The notes under the pieces: generated by a model | Seen by the model: the letters and a program-made list of their open reading frames with translations, nothing else | The model's database searches: none | What the model was told of the DNA's origin: nothing | Assembly: GCA_041617635.1 (NCBI GenBank) | Contig: JBFJOO010000013.1 | Span: 1,761-65,760, forward strand | Length of the DNA stretch: 64,000 nt | Origin: Burkholderiales bacterium | Lineage (GTDB): Bacteria; Pseudomonadota; Gammaproteobacteria; Burkholderiales; SG8-39 | Direction of reading: 5' to 3' | Translations under genes and position numbers: made by a program | In this document: positions 26,227-35,280 of the stretch, piece by piece | Numbering within the stretch: the stretch's first letter is position 1 | Layout of the letters: each line of letters opens with the position of its first letter

Positions 26227-26736
26227 ATGACACGTATGGTAATGGGAGCAGCCCTCGCGCTGGCGGCTGCGCTGACGGTCGGCGGGCCCGATGCCGCATA
26301 CGCGCAGCAGAAAAACGCCAAGAAGATGTCGGCGGAGGCGAAGCGCGGCAGGTATCTCGTGCAGATCGGCGGCTGCAACGACTGTCACACGCCGGGGTAT
26401 GCGGAGAGCGCCGGCAAGGTGGACGAGAAGCTGTGGCTCACCGGCGACATCCTGGGCTGGCGCGGCCCCTGGGGCACGACCTACGCCGCGAACCTGCGGC
26501 TTGGCGCGGAGAAGATGAGCGAAGCGGACTGGATGAAGCGCGCGCGCTCCGCGCTGCGCCCGCCGATGCCGTGGTTCAACCTGCGCGACATGTCGGACGC
26601 GGACGTGCGCGCGATCTACCACTACCTCAAGTATGCGGGTCCCGCCGGCAAGCCGGCCCCGGATTACCTCCCGCCGGACAAGGAGCCGGCGCCGCCGTTC
26701 GTAACGTTCCCGGCACCACCGCCGGAGAAGAAGTAA
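26227..26736 (+). CDS. c-type cytochrome (monohaem, periplasmic)
   Basis: GAGGAG RBS. A signal peptide and a single CNDCH haem-binding motif are present. Confidence 0.75.
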   Translation: MTRMVMGAALALAAALTVGGPDAAYAQQKNAKKMSAEAKRGRYLVQIGGCNDCHTPGYAESAGKVDEKLWLTGDILGWRGPWGTTYAANLRLGAEKMSEADWMKRARSALRPPMPWFNLRDMSDADVRAIYHYLKYAGPAGKPAPDYLPPDKEPAPPFVTFPAPPPEKK

Positions 26737-26743
26737 CACGGTT

Positions 26744-26784
26744 GCGGCCGGCCGGTCCGCGGCCGGCCGCTCCGGGTTTCCCGG
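26744..26784. terminator. GC-rich hairpins between convergent cytochrome c and MetE-like genes
   Basis: An 11-bp perfect stem (GCGGCCGGCCG / CGGCCGGCCGC, 5-nt loop) is followed by CCGGG-TTT-CCCGG. There is no clear U-tract. Confidence 0.4.
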
Positions 26785-26800
26785 AACCGGGCGCGGCGCA

Positions 26801-27919
26801 TCAGGCCGCCGCGCCCCAGACCTCCGACGCCACTTCGACCACGAGCGCGAGCTTGCGGCGCTGATCGTCCTCGGTGAGGCGGTTGCCCGCCGCGGTGCTC
26901 GCGAATCCGCACTGCGGCGAGAGGCACAGGTCCTCGAGCGGGACGTACTTCGCCGCCGCCTCGATGCGGCGCTTGAGCGCGTCCTTCGATTCGAGCCGCG
27001 GCGTCTTGGTCGAGATCAGTCCGAGCACGACTTTCTTGCCTTTGGGCACGAACCGCAAGGGCGCGAAATCACCCGCGCGGTCCGTGTCGTACTCGAGAAA
27101 GAAGCCGTCCACCTGAGTCTCGTTGAATACCGCCTCGGCCACGGCGTCGTAGCCGCCCGCGGCCATCCACATGCTCTGGTGATTGCCCCGGCAGGTGTGC
27201 ATGGTCACCGCCAGCGAGGGCGGACGCTCGGCGATGAGCGAGTTGATGACGCGCGCGTACTGCGACGGCAGCCGCGCCGGATCCTCGCCGTCGCGACGCA
27301 CCTGCGCGCGGATCGACTCGTCGCACAGGCAGGCGAAAGACACGTCGTCTATCTGCAGGTACGTGCACCCGGCTGCCACGAGATCCCGGATCTCCGCGCG
27401 ATAGGCGCGGGCGATGTCGCCCCAGAACTCGTCCATGTCCGCGTACGCGTCCGGGTTCACCACCCGTCGTCCGCCGCGCATGTGGAGGTAGGTCGGTGCC
27501 GGGATGCAGAGCTTGGCCGTTCGCGTGGCCACGGATTTGAGATAGTTGAAGTGATCGACCATTACCGGTCGCGTCCGGCGCACCTTGCTCTTCACGACCA
27601 TCATCGAGCGCGTCTCGGCCGTGCTGCCATCCTCGCCCTTGAACTGGATCGCGTAGTTCGACTGGGTGGCCACGATGCCCTCGAGGCCGGTGAGAAAATC
27701 GACGTGCCAGAAGGCGCGGCGGAACTCCCCGTCGGTGACGGCCGGGAGACCAGCTTCCTCCTGCAACGCCACCACATCCCGAATGCACCGGTCTTCCACG
27801 ATCTTCAGCTCGGGCGCGCTCATGCGCCCCGCTTGCGCCGCATCGCGGGCCGCGTGAAGCTCCGCGGGCCGCAGCAGGCTCCCCACGTGATCGGCGCGAT
27901 ACGGTGCGCTTTTCGTCAT
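26801..27919 (-). CDS. Cobalamin-independent methionine synthase II family (MetE C-terminal-like) protein, paralogue A
   Basis: The product is 372 aa starting MTKSAPYRADHVGSLLRP. Zn-ligand motifs are present (TMHTCRGN, LSPQCGFAS). Confidence 0.75.
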   Translation of the reverse strand: MTKSAPYRADHVGSLLRPAELHAARDAAQAGRMSAPELKIVEDRCIRDVVALQEEAGLPAVTDGEFRRAFWHVDFLTGLEGIVATQSNYAIQFKGEDGSTAETRSMMVVKSKVRRTRPVMVDHFNYLKSVATRTAKLCIPAPTYLHMRGGRRVVNPDAYADMDEFWGDIARAYRAEIRDLVAAGCTYLQIDDVSFACLCDESIRAQVRRDGEDPARLPSQYARVINSLIAERPPSLAVTMHTCRGNHQSMWMAAGGYDAVAEAVFNETQVDGFFLEYDTDRAGDFAPLRFVPKGKKVVLGLISTKTPRLESKDALKRRIEAAAKYVPLEDLCLSPQCGFASTAAGNRLTEDDQRRKLALVVEVASEVWGAAA

Positions 27920-27954
27920 GACGATCCCTCCGGGTCTGCCGCGCGGCGCACGCC

Positions 27955-28425
27955 TCACGGCGCGAGCGTCAGGGTTTCCTTGTTCCCGAAGCCGCGCGTG
28001 TTGTCGATGAGAGTGATCCGCTCCGCGCGAAGGGCATAGAAGCCCGCCTTGGCGTAGGCTGCGCGCAGCGCTTCGGGTCCGCGTGCGAGCTCGGCCAGGA
28101 AAGCGTACCGCGTTTCCATCAGCGAACGGGCACGGGCCACGTCCAAGGTGGCGGAAAGGCGTGCCGCTCGGCCTGCGAGCTGCAGCCCGCGGATCATGCG
28201 GAAGTCGGTGTAGTCGGGCGCGATGGTCGCCGCAATCTCGCCTGCCGCCTCGAGCTCCCGGGAGTGGCGCGTCGCCGGGTCCGAGGTCCAGTACAGGGTG
28301 AAGCCCTCTCGCGCGTACATGAGCGAAGCGGCATGCGGCGTGCCGTCGGCGCCGGTGGCGATCGTCATGACGTGATGCGCATCGAGAAACGCCTCGATGC
28401 GCGCGGCGAGCGTGTCATCCGCCAT
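27955..28425 (-). CDS. Pyridoxamine 5'-phosphate oxidase-family (FMN-binding split-barrel) protein
   Basis: The ORF is 156 aa, and HVMTIATGADGTPHAASLMYAREGFTLYWTS is typical of PNPOx-like proteins. Confidence 0.65.
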   Translation of the reverse strand: MADDTLAARIEAFLDAHHVMTIATGADGTPHAASLMYAREGFTLYWTSDPATRHSRELEAAGEIAATIAPDYTDFRMIRGLQLAGRAARLSATLDVARARSLMETRYAFLAELARGPEALRAAYAKAGFYALRAERITLIDNTRGFGNKETLTLAP

Positions 28426-28433
28426 CGTCCGGA

Positions 28434-29648
28434 TCAGTTGAATGCGCCGGCGGATTCGTGCGCGGCATACTCGTCCGCGCGCATGCCGAGGAGCTCACGG
28501 AACACCTGCTCCGTGTGCTCGCCGAGGAGCGGCGCGGCGCGGGTGATCTCGCCGGGCGTCTCGGAAAGATCGAACGCCGGAAAGCAGCAGGCCTGCTCGC
28601 CGAACACGGCGTGCGGACGGTTGCGCCACAGCGCGCGCACGGCGAGCTGCGGATCGGCGAAGAGGTCCGCGACGTTGCTGACCTGGTGCGCGTGCACGCC
28701 GGCGGTCTGCAACCGCTCCGCGGCGGCGGCCGCGTCCTGCCCGCGGGTCCACGCTTCGAGCTCCGCTTGGAGCGCCGCCGCGCTGGCCTGGCGCGCCGCA
28801 AGTGTCGCGTAGCGCGATTCGGCCGCGAGCTCGGCCCGGCCCATCACTCGGCACAGCGACGCAAACTCCGCATCCGACCAGCACGAGAGCGCGATCCATG
28901 CGCCGTCGCGCGCCGGATATGCGCCGTGCGGTGCCGCATCGGGATCGGAATTGCCCGCACGCTCGGCGATCGCGCCCGAGCGGTGGTACTCGAGGAGCGG
29001 GCCGGCGAGAAACATCAACCCGCACTCGTACTGCGACACGTCGATGTAGGCGCCCTGACCGGTCTCGCGCCGCCGCTCGAGCGCCGCGAGCACGGCGGAC
29101 GCGCCCAGCGACGAGGCGATGAAGTCGATATACGGCCCGTACAGCAGCATCGGCGGGCCGTCGGGCAACCCGGTGAGGTTGCACATGCCGGCGAGCGCGG
29201 TGAGCTGCGAGCCGAACCCCGGTGTGTCGGCGCGCGGTCCGGTCTGACCCATGTTGCAGGTGGAAAGCATCACGAGCCCGGGACGCGCCTGCGCGAGCGT
29301 CTCGTAGCCCAACCCGACGCGCGCCATCACGCCGGGGCGCATGTTCTCGATCACGACATCGCCCCATTCGACCAGCCGGCGCGCAGCTGCAAGACCGTGC
29401 TCGTTCTTGAGGTCCACCGAGACGCCCAGCTTGGAATCGTTGAAGTGGGCGAAGCAGCCGCTCGCGTTGATCCCCGGTCTCCCGTCCTGGAACGGCGGGT
29501 ATTGCAACCGGAAGCCGTCCGGGCGTGCCTTGGACTCCACGTGCACGACGGTCGCGCCGTAGTTCGCGAGCACCTTGCCGATGTGCGGCCCAGCGGCGTA
29601 GCTGCCGAACTCGACGACCTTGACGTCCGCAAGCGCGTGCGCGCTCAT
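28434..29648 (-). CDS. Class III (CaiB/BaiF) CoA-transferase, subunit 2
   Basis: The internal ATG at 29648 overlaps the upstream CoA-transferase stop (ATGA). Family motifs are VKVVEFGSYAAGPHIGKVLANYGATVVHVE, ENMRPGVMARVGLGYE and a conserved Asp region (YIDFIAS). Confidence 0.8.
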   Translation of the reverse strand: MSAHALADVKVVEFGSYAAGPHIGKVLANYGATVVHVESKARPDGFRLQYPPFQDGRPGINASGCFAHFNDSKLGVSVDLKNEHGLAAARRLVEWGDVVIENMRPGVMARVGLGYETLAQARPGLVMLSTCNMGQTGPRADTPGFGSQLTALAGMCNLTGLPDGPPMLLYGPYIDFIASSLGASAVLAALERRRETGQGAYIDVSQYECGLMFLAGPLLEYHRSGAIAERAGNSDPDAAPHGAYPARDGAWIALSCWSDAEFASLCRVMGRAELAAESRYATLAARQASAAALQAELEAWTRGQDAAAAAERLQTAGVHAHQVSNVADLFADPQLAVRALWRNRPHAVFGEQACCFPAFDLSETPGEITRAAPLLGEHTEQVFRELLGMRADEYAAHESAGAFN

Positions 29649-30778
29649 GCGCGCTTCGCCTGCTTCGCGGGCGCCGCAGCCACGCTGCCCGGCCGGAGCG
29701 CGGCGCGCACGCCGTCCACGATCGCGAAGCTTCCGCAGTGGCGCTCGGTGCGGCCATCGGGGCCGGTAGCGTCCTGCCAGAAACCACGCGCCGCGAGCTG
29801 CGGATCGGCCGCGGTGTCGGCGACGTTGGCCACGGGGTAGCCTAGCATCTCGCGCCGGTGCCCTTCCTCGAGGAACTCCCGCTTGCTCACCCCCGAGAGG
29901 AAGCGGGCGATCGGCGCCTCGATCGCATCGACCTCCTCTTGCGTGACCCCGGTCGGGTCCCACCGTCCCCAGTCGATCGCGGCGAGCGCGCCGAGCTCCG
30001 CGCCGCGGCCACGCATCCACGCCACGAGTTGCTCGTTCGTGCGCCGGCCGGCGACCCCGCCATAGAGAATGAAGTTGATGTAGCCGTCACGGCACGGCCA
30101 GAAGACACGGAACCGCGCGCCGGTCACCGAGCGCCCGGTGATGTACGCCCCGGCGCGCGTGGGGGTCTGGCCCAGCATGCTGACGAACGCAGGCGCGTGC
30201 GAGATCGCGGTGATCACCGCGGCTTGCGCCGACACGTCGACCAGTTGCCCGCGACCGCTGGTCGCGCGGTGGTGCAGCGCTACGAGCGCGCCGATCGCAG
30301 CCTGCGCACCCGTCCACGCATAGGATTGCGGCGCGCTCACGCGGAGCGGCGTGGCGTCGGGTTCGCCGGCGAGCGACATCGCGCCGCTCGCCGCCATGAG
30401 CTCGATGTCGCTAGCGCGCCAGCCGGCTTTCGGACCGGCGAGGCCGAAGGGGGTGATCGCGACGACGACCAGCCGCGAATTGAGCGCCGACAGCCGGGCG
30501 TGGTCGTGGCACTGTGCCGCGGCGGTCCCGGGAACCGGCGTTGCAAGCAGGATGTCGCTCCGCGCCGCGAGCGCATCGAACTTGACGCGGTCCTCCGCGC
30601 GCTCGAGATCGAGCTCGGCGCGCGCCTTGTTGACATTCAGCGCGCGCCACTCGGCGGCGGAAATGTCCGCGCCCGGTGCTTCGATCTTCGTGACCTCGGC
30701 GCCGAGATCCGCCAGCAACCGACCTGCGAGCCAGCCAAGCCGATCGGTTGCATCGAGGACGCGGCAACCGGACAGCAT
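29645..30778 (-). CDS. Class III (CaiB/BaiF) CoA-transferase, subunit 1
   Basis: The product is 377 aa with CRVLDATDRLGWLAGRLLADLGAEVTKIE and other family motifs. Confidence 0.8.
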   Translation of the reverse strand: MLSGCRVLDATDRLGWLAGRLLADLGAEVTKIEAPGADISAAEWRALNVNKARAELDLERAEDRVKFDALAARSDILLATPVPGTAAAQCHDHARLSALNSRLVVVAITPFGLAGPKAGWRASDIELMAASGAMSLAGEPDATPLRVSAPQSYAWTGAQAAIGALVALHHRATSGRGQLVDVSAQAAVITAISHAPAFVSMLGQTPTRAGAYITGRSVTGARFRVFWPCRDGYINFILYGGVAGRRTNEQLVAWMRGRGAELGALAAIDWGRWDPTGVTQEEVDAIEAPIARFLSGVSKREFLEEGHRREMLGYPVANVADTAADPQLAARGFWQDATGPDGRTERHCGSFAIVDGVRAALRPGSVAAAPAKQAKRA

Positions 30779-30805
30779 GTCGCGATTCCCCTGCGGCCGA
30801 ACTTG

Positions 30806-32383
30806 CTAGCGCCCCGTCTGCGCGAGCGAGAGCACCCAGCCTTCCATGCGCGCACGCGCCTTGGCGACGTCGTCCTTCGAGAAGAAATCCTCCGGCTTCA
30901 CCTTGTCGACCGGATAGACCGGGCGGTGGAAATCCTGCTCGTAGCCGAACGGCACCGTCGCGTCGATCCCCATCCCGCCCTCGAACTCCGTGTTCGAGGC
31001 GGTCCAGGCCTTGTCGCCCGCCGTCATGCGCTCGGCCGGCATGAAAGTCTGGCCGCGCCCGCCCGGGATCGGGTTGAGGATGTCGGTCCGCGGATTCACG
31101 CGCGTGGTGAGGCACCACATGATGTCGTCCATCGAGTAGATGTCGACGTCCGGGCTCACCGCGATGGCGAGGCGCATGCCCTGCGAGCACGAGAGGATCG
31201 CGGAGAGGAAGTTGCGCTGCCAGCCTTCCTCGATCTGGTTGCGCTTCTTCACCTGGATGATGCAGCCGCCCCAGTCGGTCATGCAGTAGGGAATGTGCAC
31301 GTCCTGGACGATGCCGGGCTGCAAGCGCTCGCAGAGCTCGAAGATCGCCGCCTCGCGCACCGTCGTATCGATGTTGTTGTCGTCGAAGGTGTGCACGCCG
31401 AGCGGAAAGATCACGGGCCTCGACTCGGGCTTGCGCATCGTGATCGCGCTTACGTGGAAGGTCGGGGCTTTGTAGGCCTTGCCCATGTAGCCGGCCCACT
31501 CGGGGTGGAAGAAGGTCTTGCCCTGCACGCCCGCCTTCTCGGACTCGGCGGTCTCGTAGCGCTTGTCGCGCGGGTGGATGTGGCCTTCGAGGACGTATTC
31601 CGAGTCGGCGAGCGCATAGGCGTCGACTGTGCGTGCCTTCACCAGGCGAATCGGCGCGCCCTGCACCGCGCCGGCGACGCCGATCTCGTCGCAGCCCTTC
31701 GGCAGGATCACGTAGTCGAACCCGGCGCCCGCCAGGAGCGTGCAGGCAGGCGGCACGCCGAAGCACATGGTGATCGGGATCGGCTTCTCGTCCTTGTAAT
31801 GCTTGGTGATGACCTGCCACATGTGCGAGCCGGGCGAGATCTGGAACGTCCCGACGTTGCCCCAGCGGAAGTTCATGCGGTTGTAGCCGAGGTCCGAGCC
31901 GCCGTCGAAGTAATCGCCGGTGACGCAGCGAATGGCCGACCCGACCGTGAGCTCCGGCTCGAGCGCGGTGTGGCGGATCGCCGTGATCCACTTGTTGACG
32001 TCGAGGTCGTCGGTGATGACGTGCTCCTGGCAGGGCGCGTCCTTCTGCGCGATCTCCACCGGCTTGAGCGGGCGGGTGAGCGCGCGCGCGAGCTTGCGCG
32101 TGCGGTCGGTCGGGCCGTCCCAGCCGAAATAGCGGTCCACGATCCGCATGTCGGCGAAGAGATTGGTGATCGCACGCGCGTGCGGCTTGCCCTTCACCTT
32201 GTTGAAGAGCATCGGCAGGCTGCCGTCGAAGTGCTTCTGCAGCCCGGTGATCTCGAGGTCGGGGTCGACTTCCTTGTCGGTCTCGATCAGAAGCCCCTCG
32301 GCGCGCAGCCATTCGATGACGGCGCGCAAGCTGGTGATGTCCCGGGTCGCCCCGGTGGAGACGGGTTTCATGACGCTGCTCAC
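30806..32383 (-). CDS. UbiD-family (prFMN-dependent) decarboxylase
   Basis: AAGGAGGA lies 7 nt upstream of the GTG at 32383, and that GTG overlaps the ubiX stop (GTGA). UbiD-like motifs run through the roughly 525-aa product (ITNLFA, YNRMNFRWGNVGTFQISPGSHMW, CFGVPPACTL, DIMWCLTTRVNP). Confidence 0.8.
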   Translation of the reverse strand: MSSVMKPVSTGATRDITSLRAVIEWLRAEGLLIETDKEVDPDLEITGLQKHFDGSLPMLFNKVKGKPHARAITNLFADMRIVDRYFGWDGPTDRTRKLARALTRPLKPVEIAQKDAPCQEHVITDDLDVNKWITAIRHTALEPELTVGSAIRCVTGDYFDGGSDLGYNRMNFRWGNVGTFQISPGSHMWQVITKHYKDEKPIPITMCFGVPPACTLLAGAGFDYVILPKGCDEIGVAGAVQGAPIRLVKARTVDAYALADSEYVLEGHIHPRDKRYETAESEKAGVQGKTFFHPEWAGYMGKAYKAPTFHVSAITMRKPESRPVIFPLGVHTFDDNNIDTTVREAAIFELCERLQPGIVQDVHIPYCMTDWGGCIIQVKKRNQIEEGWQRNFLSAILSCSQGMRLAIAVSPDVDIYSMDDIMWCLTTRVNPRTDILNPIPGGRGQTFMPAERMTAGDKAWTASNTEFEGGMGIDATVPFGYEQDFHRPVYPVDKVKPEDFFSKDDVAKARARMEGWVLSLAQTGR

Positions 32384-33030
32384 GATGCTTCCTCCTTGGA
32401 ACTCTTGGATTTGCTGGGACTGCCGGTCTTGGCGGAACTGGCCTTGTGCCGAGCACCCGACTCGCGGCGCATCTCGCCGCTCCAGCGCTTGGCGAAATCG
32501 ACCGCGATGCCGAACTGGTCGAGCATCCGCGCGACGATGTGGTCGACCATGTCGTCGAGCGTCTGCGGCTGGTTGTAGAACGCTGGCATCGGCGGCATGA
32601 TGGTCACGCCCATCCGTGCGAGCTTCAGCATGTTGTCGAGATGCACTTCCGAGAGCGGCGTCTCGCGCACGAGCAGCACGAGCTTGCGGCGCTCCTTCAA
32701 GATCACGTCGGCGGCCCGGTGGACCAGATGATCCCCGGTGCCATGCGCGACAGCTGCGAGCGTGCGCACCGAGCAGGGCGCGATCACCATCCCGTCGGTG
32801 AGGAACGAGCCGGACGACAGCGCGGCCCCCATGTTGCCCTGCTCGTGACAGACCGTGGCGAGGTCGCGCACCTGCGCCAGCGTGTAGGGCGTCTCGTGCT
32901 CGATCGTCTGCAGTCCCCACTTGCTGATGACCAGGTGGGACTCGACCGAAGCTTCCCGCAGGGCTTCGAGCAGCCGGATGCCGAAGATGGCACCGGTCGC
33001 GCCGGTGATGCCGACGATCAGGCGTTGCAT
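32380..33030 (-). CDS. ubiX: UbiX-family flavin prenyltransferase
   Basis: The sequence MQRLIVGITGATGAIFGIRLLEAL...VIAPCSVRTLAAVAHG...VLLVRETPLS is classic UbiX/Pad1. It carries an unusual Ser/Lys-rich C-terminal tail of about 30 aa. Confidence 0.85.
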   Translation of the reverse strand: MQRLIVGITGATGAIFGIRLLEALREASVESHLVISKWGLQTIEHETPYTLAQVRDLATVCHEQGNMGAALSSGSFLTDGMVIAPCSVRTLAAVAHGTGDHLVHRAADVILKERRKLVLLVRETPLSEVHLDNMLKLARMGVTIMPPMPAFYNQPQTLDDMVDHIVARMLDQFGIAVDFAKRWSGEMRRESGARHKASSAKTGSPSKSKSSKEEAS

Positions 33031-33112
33031 GGGCGTATCATGTGTCCGCTATCCGGAACGGGCCGGGCGGTTGCCGGAACCGCCGCCGCTCCGAGCAGAT
33101 TTAGCCGCAACC

Positions 33113-33127
33113 TTGCCCCCGGGGCAA
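33113..33127. promoter_or_regulatory. Perfect 15-nt palindrome TTGCCCC-C-GGGGCAA in the ubiX/iclR divergent intergenic region (candidate operator)
   Basis: The palindrome is seen directly. It lies 30 nt upstream of the IclR-type gene ATG and about 85 nt upstream of the ubiX start. Confidence 0.3.
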
Positions 33128-33156
33128 CCGCGCGGCGGCGAAAACCATTCCAGGAT

Positions 33157-33996
33157 ATGGAACAGCGAGCCGTCCGTCCCCGACGTCAAGTCGCGCGCCC
33201 GGCACGCGAGCCGGGCGCATCGGCGCGCGGTTCGGGCACCCAGACCATCCAGCGCGCGGTGGCAGTGCTGCGCGTGATCGCCTCGCGCGGCCACGCCGGG
33301 CTGCGGCTCGCCGAGATCGCCCGCCACACGCGCCTCGAGCGACCGACGGTGCATCGCATCCTGAAATGCCTTTGCGAAGAGGGGGTGGCGGCACAGGACA
33401 CTGCGACGCGCCGCTATCACCTCGGTCACCTGGCGTTCGAGCTGGGTCTCGCCGCCGCGCCCCAGTTCAGCCTGCGCGAGCTTTGTGCCCGGCCGTTGAC
33501 GCGGCTTGCCGAGCAATCGGGGGATACGGTGTTCCTGACGGTGCGCAGCGGCTACGACACGGTGTGCATCGACCGGCGCGAAGGCTCGTTTCCCATCAAG
33601 GCGCTGCTGCTCGACGTGGGCACGCGCCGGCCGCTCGGCGTGGGCGCCGGCGGGCTCGCGCTGCTCATGCCGCTCGCGGACGATGCCATCGACGAGATCC
33701 TGCAGGCGAACGCGACACGCCTCGCCGCCTACGCGGGGCTCACCGTGCCGCGCCTCGCCGCGCTGGTGAAGCGCGCCCAGGCGATGGGCTACGCGCTGAA
33801 CGACGTACATCACACCCGCGGCGCCCTCTCGCTCGCGCTGCCGATCCGCACGCGCTTCGGCGACCCGTTCGCCGCCATCAGCATCGGCGCGATCGAGAGC
33901 CGCATGACGCCCGCGCGTCAGGCGGAGCTCGTCACGACGCTCAAGAACGAAGTGGAGGACCTGGAGCGCGTGCTCGCCGGCAAAGCCGCGCTGTGA
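33157..33996 (+). CDS. IclR-family transcriptional regulator
   Basis: An N-terminal wHTH is present (IQRAVAVLRVIASRGHAGLRLAEIARHTRLERPTVHRILKCL), followed by an IclR effector domain (PLGVGAGGLALL). Confidence 0.85.
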   Translation: MEQRAVRPRRQVARPAREPGASARGSGTQTIQRAVAVLRVIASRGHAGLRLAEIARHTRLERPTVHRILKCLCEEGVAAQDTATRRYHLGHLAFELGLAAAPQFSLRELCARPLTRLAEQSGDTVFLTVRSGYDTVCIDRREGSFPIKALLLDVGTRRPLGVGAGGLALLMPLADDAIDEILQANATRLAAYAGLTVPRLAALVKRAQAMGYALNDVHHTRGALSLALPIRTRFGDPFAAISIGAIESRMTPARQAELVTTLKNEVEDLERVLAGKAAL

Positions 33997-33999
33997 GGA

Positions 34000-35196
34000 T
34001 CAGGCGGTCAACGCGGCGCCGTTCAACGTGACCTCGACGCGACCGGGCAGCGCGCTCCGCAGCGCCGCGTGAAGGTAGCACGTGTTCTCGGCCACCTCGA
34101 GCAGCGACTGCATCACCTCGTCCGGTTCGTCGGCGTTGAGGAAGACATGCGTCTCGAACGGCGCCGCGTCGGCGCGGGACGAGAAATCCTCCGCGCGGCC
34201 CGTCACGCTGAACCGGTTCGTCTGCACGACGCGCATGGCATGAACCCTGTGCTTGCGGTGCTCGATGTAGCGACCCATCTGAGTCATGTAGCAGAAGGCC
34301 ACGCCGGCCGCGGCGAGCGCGAGCGGCGTCGGCGCGCGCCGCGGCGCGGGGCGCGGGTCGGCGAGCAGCCGGAAGCGGGCACCGGGCGAGGCGGGCAGCA
34401 CGGTCGCCGCGACGGTGCCCGCCGGATCCACGACCTCGCTCGTGCCGCGAACGATGATCGGCACGAACCCTTCCGGCGCGATGAGCTTCGGCCGCTGGTC
34501 GTTCGGGTCCGGTTCGAGCCGGGTGATGATCGGCTCCGGTCCCTCCGATCCTGCGAGGGGCGCCGGCGCCTTGCGGTGCGCGAGAAACGGATCGACCGCA
34601 TCGCGGGAGGTGGCCGACGCCACGCGCTTGACGGGACAGCGCCGGCCGTTCACGTACAGGGCGAAGACGTTGACGAGCGGCGTGGCGAATGCCGCATGAA
34701 CGGGCGAGGCGGCCAGCGCCGCGTCGAGCACGCGCGTCACCTGCTCCCGCGCCGCGGATGACCGCGCGGCAACCCGGACCGTTACCGGATCCGCCGTCCC
34801 CTTGCCGGTCCCCTTGAAGAACGACCCGCTGAACGTGTAATGGTTGTCGAGCGCGGCGGACAGGCTGTCGAAGGCAACGCCGTGCGCGCGACCGATCGTG
34901 AGCGCCCGTTGCAGAAGATCGGCATGCAGCGCGGCGTTGAAGAACGCGAGCGGAAACGGCGCGAGATCGGTGCCCTTCAGGTTCGGACCCTCGTCGCACA
35001 CGAGGCGCCAGGCGTCGCCGCCCTCCCCCTCGGTCACCAGGGCCTCTTTCTGATGCCTGACGAGCGAGCGCGCCTCCACCCGAATGGTGGCGTCGCCGGC
35101 CCCGCCGGTGAGGACTGCGCTCGGGCGCGCGCCGCGGGCGACCTGGAAGGCCAGCGGATACCCGGAGCTTTCGATGGACTCTGCGCGGTTGCTCAT
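34000..35196 (-). CDS. Hypothetical protein with two OsmC-like repeats
   Basis: The product is 398 aa from the internal ATG. Two segments resemble the OsmC/Ohr fold signature (GPNLKGTDLAPFPLAFFNAALHADLL and PTPLALAAAGVAFCYMTQ). This assignment is tentative. Confidence 0.45.
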   Translation of the reverse strand: MSNRAESIESSGYPLAFQVARGARPSAVLTGGAGDATIRVEARSLVRHQKEALVTEGEGGDAWRLVCDEGPNLKGTDLAPFPLAFFNAALHADLLQRALTIGRAHGVAFDSLSAALDNHYTFSGSFFKGTGKGTADPVTVRVAARSSAAREQVTRVLDAALAASPVHAAFATPLVNVFALYVNGRRCPVKRVASATSRDAVDPFLAHRKAPAPLAGSEGPEPIITRLEPDPNDQRPKLIAPEGFVPIIVRGTSEVVDPAGTVAATVLPASPGARFRLLADPRPAPRRAPTPLALAAAGVAFCYMTQMGRYIEHRKHRVHAMRVVQTNRFSVTGRAEDFSSRADAAPFETHVFLNADEPDEVMQSLLEVAENTCYLHAALRSALPGRVEVTLNGAALTA

Positions 35197-35280
35197 GCTG
35201 CTCCCCGAAGATTCGCGGCTCTGGCGGTTCGGCGAGCCGCGCGAGTGACGTATGATGCCACGCAAACGGAGGCTCTCGAG

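Noticed and set aside
29858-32578. A 906-aa plus-strand ORF. Similar giants occur at 54016-56310 (minus), 59304-61925 (plus), 61655-63886 (plus), 16040-17590 (minus) and 38674-40656 (plus).
   Set aside because: All lie opposite to, or out of frame with, well-supported genes (CoA-transferase/UbiD, photolyase, ChpA, PilJ, MlaE, DctQM). They have Arg/Ala/Gly/Pro-biased composition without motifs and are high-GC artefacts.
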